The notes under the pieces were generated by a model. That model was not told where the DNA came from. It did not search any database and saw only the letters and a program-made list of their open reading frames with translations. From positions 2,688,001 through 2,752,000 of the forward strand of contig OZ242296.1 in the NCBI GenBank assembly GCA_965207735.1: a stretch of 64,000 nucleotides of DNA, read 5' to 3'. This document shows, one piece after another, positions 58,627-64,000 of the stretch. The translations under genes were made by a program, and so were the position numbers. Position 1 is the stretch's first letter, and every line of letters begins with the position of its first letter. Source of the stretch: Candidatus Versatilivorator sp. (GTDB lineage Bacteria; Acidobacteriota; Terriglobia; Versatilivoradales; Versatilivoraceae).

Positions 58627-59964
58627 TCAGATCAGCTCTTTGATGGGGATCCCGGTGGCGTCGCCGATGGAGTTGGCGATCTTGATCGGCCGGCCGATGG
58701 GGGTCATGTAGGTCTTTTCCCAGTCGATGCCCAGGGCCTTGTAGAGGGTGGCGAACAGGTCCCCGATGGTGACCTGCCGATCGGCGACATAGCCCCCCTG
58801 CTCGTCGCTGGCGCCCACCACCTGGCCTCCGGCGATGCCGCCGCCGCCCAGCACCACCGACCAGCACTGGGGCCAATGATCGCGCCCGTTCCCGGGGTTC
58901 ACCTGGGGACCTCGCCCGAACTCTCCCATGGCGATCACCAAGGTGGATCGGAGCAGCCCGCGCTGGTCCAGGTCCTCCAGCAAGGCCGAAAAGGTCTGAT
59001 CGAAGGGTGGGACCAGGATGTCGCGGTGCCGCCGGTCGTTGTCGCCGTGGGTGTCCCACTCGTTGTACTTGTATCCGGCAGCCGTCACGAAACGGGTTCC
59101 CGCCTCCACCAGCCTCCGGGCCAGCAGGACGCTCTGGCCGAATCCGTGCAGCCCGTAGGTCTCCCTGGTTTTGGTGGACTCCTTGGAGAGATCGAAGGCG
59201 TCCTTGACCGCCGGGTTCAACACCATCTTGAGGGCCTGCTGGGTGAAGGTGTCCATTCGCCCCGATTCGGCCTTCTGCACCTTGTCCCGGTAGACCTTCT
59301 CCACCACTTTCCGAAAGGAGAGCCGATCCTGGAGGCGCTCCGGAGTGATCGATTTGGGCAGCCGCAGGTCGGGAACCTCGAAGTCGGGCTGACTGGGGTC
59401 GGGAAGCACCATGGGGTCGTACTGGTTGCCGACAAAGGCGGCCCCGAAATGGTCGATGAAAAAGGTGTCGTTGCCGGTGTCCGGCTGCAGGACGTAGGGC
59501 GGCAGATTGTTCCTCGGACCCAATTCCTTGGCCACGATCGCGCCCAGGCTGGGAAAGCGCATGGCCGGGTTGGGCAGGTGTCCGGTAGCCGCGTAGTGGG
59601 TAGCCTGGGGATGGTTGTTCTCCAGGGTGTGGAGGGAACGGATGATCGCCAGCTTGTCCATGTGCCTGGCGGTCTTGGGCAGCAGCTCGGAAACCCGAAT
59701 TCCGGCCACGTTGGTGGCAATGGGCCTGAATGAGCTGTTGGGCTTGGGGTCCCACATGTCGACCTGGCTGGGGCCTCCTTCCAGCCACAACAGGATGCAG
59801 GACTGAGCCTTGCTCCCGGCCGTCGCCGGCGTACCGCCCAAGGCCTCCTGAAGCCTCAGGAACTGGCTCAGGCTCACGCCCAGCAGGCTCAGAGATCCCA
59901 CTCGCAGAAAGTCACGCCGCCGCAGAATCGGATCGTCACTCGCCAAACACCCTATGTTTCGCAT
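58627..59964 (-). CDS. DUF1501 domain protein with Tat-like N-terminus
   Basis: RRDFL, WLEGGPSQ.D.WD.KP, ARRLVEAG.RFV, WDTH, GEFGR, GRDHWP; start set to ATG 59964. Confidence 0.92.
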   Translation of the reverse strand: MRNIGCLASDDPILRRRDFLRVGSLSLLGVSLSQFLRLQEALGGTPATAGSKAQSCILLWLEGGPSQVDMWDPKPNSSFRPIATNVAGIRVSELLPKTARHMDKLAIIRSLHTLENNHPQATHYAATGHLPNPAMRFPSLGAIVAKELGPRNNLPPYVLQPDTGNDTFFIDHFGAAFVGNQYDPMVLPDPSQPDFEVPDLRLPKSITPERLQDRLSFRKVVEKVYRDKVQKAESGRMDTFTQQALKMVLNPAVKDAFDLSKESTKTRETYGLHGFGQSVLLARRLVEAGTRFVTAAGYKYNEWDTHGDNDRRHRDILVPPFDQTFSALLEDLDQRGLLRSTLVIAMGEFGRGPQVNPGNGRDHWPQCWSVVLGGGGIAGGQVVGASDEQGGYVADRQVTIGDLFATLYKALGIDWEKTYMTPIGRPIKIANSIGDATGIPIKELI

Positions 59965-60047
59965 GGGTGCAACCTCCTCCGGTTTCCGGCCTCTCCACCC
60001 CGACTCCCGCGCCGGGGCAGCCGCTGAGACAAGTCTACCGGAAACCC

Positions 60048-62591
60048 TCAATGGTTATGGTAAAACTCGGGGGAGTTCAGCAACCCCCATAACAGATCCT
60101 CCAAGGCCTGGCGGCGTGAGGGGTGCCGGCCGACCATGGCTTCCAGTTGTTCCCGTTCTTCCTCCCCGGGAAAGCGCACCAGTGCTCTCAGGTAGAGCTC
60201 CTCGATGATCTCCCGGTCCGAGCCGCCCCCACCGATCAAGCGGTCGATGACGCCTCCCTCGCGGGCCAGATGCTCGGTAAAGGTCGACCCGGCCAGAGTG
60301 TGCAGGGCCCTGCCCAGGTTGGGCCGAGGCCGCTTCTCCGGGAGCATGGACCGGGGGGCCTTGCCGTAGTTGTCCAGAATCCGGGAGCGGAAGATGTCGG
60401 GCAGCTTGACGTTGATGGCCCGGGTGCCCGGCGGCAGCCTGCCCTCCCCGTCGCCGTAGCTCTCCTGCTCCAGGATCAGGGGAACCCCCGTCACCGTGGC
60501 GATGGCGTCGAAGAGCACCTCGGCATCCAGGGCCCGCGGCAACGCATGAGAGTAGTGGGTGCGGTCCTCCCGATTGGTTCGGTTGGGGCGGCTGCTGAGC
60601 TGGTAGGTCCTGGAGCTGACGATGGTCCTGATCATGCGGCGAAGATCGTGGTTGTGTTTCCTGAAGTCCTTCGCCAGAGCCGCCAGCAGCCTGGGGTGAG
60701 TGGGTGGATTGGCCGCGCGGAAATCGTCGACCGGCTCCACGATGCCTCTCCCGAAAAAATAGCTCCAGATCCGATTGACCGCCGCCTCGGCGAAATAGGG
60801 ATGGGCGGTGATCCACTCGGCCAGCTTGACCCGCGGGTCGGACCGCTCAGCCTCGGGCAGCAGGGCGCCGTTCAGGAAGGCCGGAAACACCTCCTCCCGG
60901 GTGCGTGGGTGGAGCACTTTCCGGCTCCTGCCCTTGACGAACAGATCCACCTCCTGACCGGTCGGGTCCTCGAAGATGACCGTGCCGGGCTCCTCCCCCC
61001 GTCCTCCCACCAGGTTCATGCGCCCGAAGAATGCTGCCAGCCCCCAGAACTGATCCTGGCTCCAGGCCTCGAAGGGGTGGTTGTGGCACTCTGCGCAGTC
61101 CAGCCGGCGCCCCAGGAAAACCCTGACCTCTTCGGCCATCTTGTTTTGCGGGTAGCGCACCTCCCCATTGGGCAGGAAGTGTCTCGAAGGCGCGCTGTAG
61201 CCCAAGGCGGCAATGCGCTCCCGGGCCACCTGGTCGTAGGGGGTGTTGCCGGCGACGTGGCCCCGAATCCATTCCCAGTAAGCTTCGGTCCACGGCAGGT
61301 TGATGCCGTTCTCGAAGAGAGCCACCCTGAACAGTTGGGACAACCGATAGGTCCAATAGTCCACGAACTCGGGAGTCTGCAGGAGCGTATCGACCAGCTT
61401 CTCCCTCTTGTCAGGATCGCTGCTCTGCAGAAACTCCCTGGTCCTTCGGGGCGGAGGCAGCGTGCCGGTCAAGTCCAGGCACACCCGCCGCAGGAATTCC
61501 GCGTCGCCGGAGAGCTCGGAGGGATTCCGATGCAGCCGTCTCAACTTGTGGAAGACCAGGCGGTCGATGAAGTTATGGGCGGGAAGGCTAGGATATCGGG
61601 CGAGGGTCTCCTCGATGACGCTGACCCGGGCCGTGGTGGAATGGCCGGCCGTCCGAACGGTCACGAAGGTCTCCCCGGGACGCAATCCCCGCAGCCGGCC
61701 TTGCGGTTCGACCTCCACCACGTCGCTGTTGTCGGACAGATAGCGCACCTGGCCGGTGAGGTCCCGGCGGGTTCCACTATCGAGCAGCGCGCTGACCAGC
61801 AGTTGCTGCCCGCCCCCCACCTCCAGCACGGCCTCGGCCGGATAGACCTCGATGGTCCTGACCCCGGGTCTCGAGGCTGTCTCCGGCTCAAAAGGCGCTC
61901 CCTCTTTCACCCACTGCAGCAACGTCTTGTAATCTTCCGATTCCAAGGGCAACTGCAGCCCACCCTGATGGGGCTCGGCCAGGGTCGGCTTGCTCAGCAG
62001 CAGGCTCTTTGCAGGCTCTTCCCGGTCGATTCGCGGAATCTCCGTCCCCGGATCGGGAGACAGGACCTGGTAGGTCCCGCCCTTGACGATCCAGCGATAG
62101 TCCTCCTCCGGGTAGATGCCGTAGAGGGAAAGCTTGAATCCGCCTCTTCCCTTCACGCCTCCATGGCAATGGGTGTCGTTGCAGCCCCGCCGGGTCAATA
62201 TCCTTTCGACATCCCAGGCGAAGCTCAGTGGCGGATGACCGGCCCTGTCCTTGACCCGGAGCCGCACCGTGGCCGATCGATCCCCCAGGCGAACCGTCAC
62301 ATCGGTGACGCCCGCGGCCAGGGCCTCGACCTTCCCCTCGGGAGAAACCGCCGCCACGCCGGCCTTGGTAAATTCCCACCGGCTGAGCTGGGTCACATCC
62401 CGCTCCAACCGGTCGTCGTAGCGGCCCATCACCAGAAGTTGCCGGGTGGCCCCAGCCCCTTCCAGCTCCACCGCCTCGGGCACGATCCGGACCGACAGCA
62501 GTTCCGGCTCGGACGTCTCGGCCCCGAGCGTGATCGAGCCGGCTGCAACCAGGAATCCCAGCAAAAGAATCGGACTGCGCCTTGGCTTCAT
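60048..62591 (-). CDS. DUF1549/DUF1553 protein with Ig-like domains and CxxCH-type motifs
   Basis: GCN...CHG, FLRRV.LDLTG.LP, CAECHNHPF, NPPTHP.LL, W.LLNSPEF..NH. Confidence 0.92.
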   Translation of the reverse strand: MKPRRSPILLLGFLVAAGSITLGAETSEPELLSVRIVPEAVELEGAGATRQLLVMGRYDDRLERDVTQLSRWEFTKAGVAAVSPEGKVEALAAGVTDVTVRLGDRSATVRLRVKDRAGHPPLSFAWDVERILTRRGCNDTHCHGGVKGRGGFKLSLYGIYPEEDYRWIVKGGTYQVLSPDPGTEIPRIDREEPAKSLLLSKPTLAEPHQGGLQLPLESEDYKTLLQWVKEGAPFEPETASRPGVRTIEVYPAEAVLEVGGGQQLLVSALLDSGTRRDLTGQVRYLSDNSDVVEVEPQGRLRGLRPGETFVTVRTAGHSTTARVSVIEETLARYPSLPAHNFIDRLVFHKLRRLHRNPSELSGDAEFLRRVCLDLTGTLPPPRRTREFLQSSDPDKREKLVDTLLQTPEFVDYWTYRLSQLFRVALFENGINLPWTEAYWEWIRGHVAGNTPYDQVARERIAALGYSAPSRHFLPNGEVRYPQNKMAEEVRVFLGRRLDCAECHNHPFEAWSQDQFWGLAAFFGRMNLVGGRGEEPGTVIFEDPTGQEVDLFVKGRSRKVLHPRTREEVFPAFLNGALLPEAERSDPRVKLAEWITAHPYFAEAAVNRIWSYFFGRGIVEPVDDFRAANPPTHPRLLAALAKDFRKHNHDLRRMIRTIVSSRTYQLSSRPNRTNREDRTHYSHALPRALDAEVLFDAIATVTGVPLILEQESYGDGEGRLPPGTRAINVKLPDIFRSRILDNYGKAPRSMLPEKRPRPNLGRALHTLAGSTFTEHLAREGGVIDRLIGGGGSDREIIEELYLRALVRFPGEEEREQLEAMVGRHPSRRQALEDLLWGLLNSPEFYHNH

Positions 62592-62598
62592 TTGAGGA

Positions 62599-64000
62599 TC
62601 AATCTCCCAGCACCATCACCAGCAGGTCGCCGGCTGCAATCGCTTCGCCCACCTTGCCCCCGACCACGGGACGGGCGCTGAGGCGGACCAGGCTCGGCAT
62701 GCGGGTCGAGGGCGCCCCCGGCGCGGCCGCCAGCAACACGGTGGTCGTTTGATTCTTGGGCACGAACCGTTCCTTGTGAATTTCGGGAAGAGGGGGCTCG
62801 GTGTGGGGCTCGACCTCTGCGCCCGGCAGAAACCGCACCCGGCTGGGCAGGCCATCGGCGCTGAAGAGGATGTCGCCGCCGAAGCCCTCCTCCTGATCGG
62901 AGAGAATGGTCACCTTTTTCGCCTGTCCCGGCCTCAGGTTCACCACCTCCGGAGTGGCTTCGATCCGCCCCACGTGGGGGACCTGGGGTCGCAACAGCAG
63001 CCGGTACCGGAAAGTCGGCTCTCCGGATCGAGGAGTGATGTCGCGCACCTGCAGCCTGTAGATTCCTGCCCTGTCAAAGGTATAGAGGGTCTTGGCCTGG
63101 ATGAGACGCACCCAGTCATCGCCGTCACCCGCGATCTTTCTGAAATAGTTGGTCAACAACTCCCGGCCGTCCGCATCCAGCACGGCCACCCTGGGATTGA
63201 ATCGGGGCGGTGCGGCCTCGGGCGTCTCCAGTTCCAGGGCCAGCGAGGTCCCGGACTTCACTTCGAACCGGAACCAGTCCACGTCTCCGGGACTCTGGAT
63301 GGCTCCCTCCAGCAGTTGCGGCAGAACGATCGGGGCGGCCTGCTCCGGCAAGTCGTTGGGCTCCACTTCGCTCAGCAATCCGGTCCCGGCGGCTTCAGCG
63401 GGTACCGCTCTCTCGGGTGAAACGCCCGAGCCCGGGGCAACGCCGGTCGAGCCTGCGCCGGGGGCAGCTTGCGGTCCGCCATTCTCCTGGGCCTTCCCGG
63501 CAGAAACCGTTCGCGACTGCAGCCAGTCCAGCCGAGACGGGTCCAGCTTTCGACGAAACGGCTGCTGGATTTCGGCCAGGGCCGATGGAGGGATGAGCGC
63601 AACCTCCGGTGCCGCGGGGCCTGCCTGCTCGGAAGTCGCCACCCGGAGCTGGTAGAAGAAATCGGGTCCTCCCACGCCCAGGTTGGAACTGACCTCAACC
63701 AGATAACGACCGGAGTCCCGGCACAGGTGGGTGATTCGGGACCGCGGAGAAAACAGCAGCCGGTCGGGCCGCTCCGGGTCGAACCAACTGCCGCCTTCCT
63801 TGTAGAGCGTCAGGCGAATCCCGTCGGACTTGGTGACGGTGGTGTTGGAGAGAGCCTGAATGACCAGCCTGTCGCCGCTTGAAGCCATGAACGAGTAGAA
63901 GTCGACCTCGCCGTTCCGGCTCAGCTTGCCGTTGAGCAGGGTCGGGATCTCAACGGGCTGGGCTTGGGCCGGACGACGGTGGGACCCGGGTGCCTCCAGG
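62599..64000 (-). CDS. PPC (pre-peptidase C-terminal) repeat protein, 5'-truncated by window edge
   Basis: EVEPND, GDVDWFRF, GEVDFYSF; the frame stays open from 63888 to the window end. Confidence 0.82.
   Translation of the reverse strand, partial: LEAPGSHRRPAQAQPVEIPTLLNGKLSRNGEVDFYSFMASSGDRLVIQALSNTTVTKSDGIRLTLYKEGGSWFDPERPDRLLFSPRSRITHLCRDSGRYLVEVSSNLGVGGPDFFYQLRVATSEQAGPAAPEVALIPPSALAEIQQPFRRKLDPSRLDWLQSRTVSAGKAQENGGPQAAPGAGSTGVAPGSGVSPERAVPAEAAGTGLLSEVEPNDLPEQAAPIVLPQLLEGAIQSPGDVDWFRFEVKSGTSLALELETPEAAPPRFNPRVAVLDADGRELLTNYFRKIAGDGDDWVRLIQAKTLYTFDRAGIYRLQVRDITPRSGEPTFRYRLLLRPQVPHVGRIEATPEVVNLRPGQAKKVTILSDQEEGFGGDILFSADGLPSRVRFLPGAEVEPHTEPPLPEIHKERFVPKNQTTTVLLAAAPGAPSTRMPSLVRLSARPVVGGKVGEAIAAGDLLVMVLGD

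Noticed and set aside
60123-62681. 852-aa plus-strand ORF and other long antisense ORFs (51430-52869, 58456-59733, 23759-24877)
   Set aside because: Shadow frames opposite well-supported genes in GC-rich DNA, with no recognisable motifs.

Overview
GC-rich bacterial window, probably Acidobacteriota (inferred from Acidobacteria-type VWA proteins, Oar-like TonB-dependent receptors, an SBBP protein and a DUF1501/DUF1549/DUF1553 operon). Bases ~1.7-40 kb are mostly housekeeping and envelope genes: type III PKS, moaD-moaE fusion, hup, mutM, cca, lexA, ilvBN, lptD, nitrilase+nadE, rsmI, an aminotransferase, an ECF sigma/anti-sigma/TBDR/SBBP cluster, yvcK-glmU(N-terminal only)-glmS and an AAA+/VWA pair. 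An accessory region starts at tRNA-Ser(GCT) (40095-40184). It holds a ~5.7 kb integrase-less islet closed by a 14-bp copy of the tRNA 3' end, carrying an ankyrin gene, two ~265-bp inverted-repeat elements around a beta-barrel-like gene, and a higBA module whose toxin is split by an IS1634-family element with a 77-bp target duplication. Next come an IS1380 inserted in a genomic repeat, a cytoplasmic subtilase followed by a small protein resembling its own prodomain, a second TBDR, a secreted 13-repeat ankyrin protein and a Fic protein. Many intergenic spaces are built from shuffled palindromic modules. The best candidates for undescribed biology are the subtilase/free-prodomain pair, the inverted-repeat-delimited cassette-like islet, the long target duplication and the structured repeat unit. 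All calls come from reading the sequence by eye; no searches were run.
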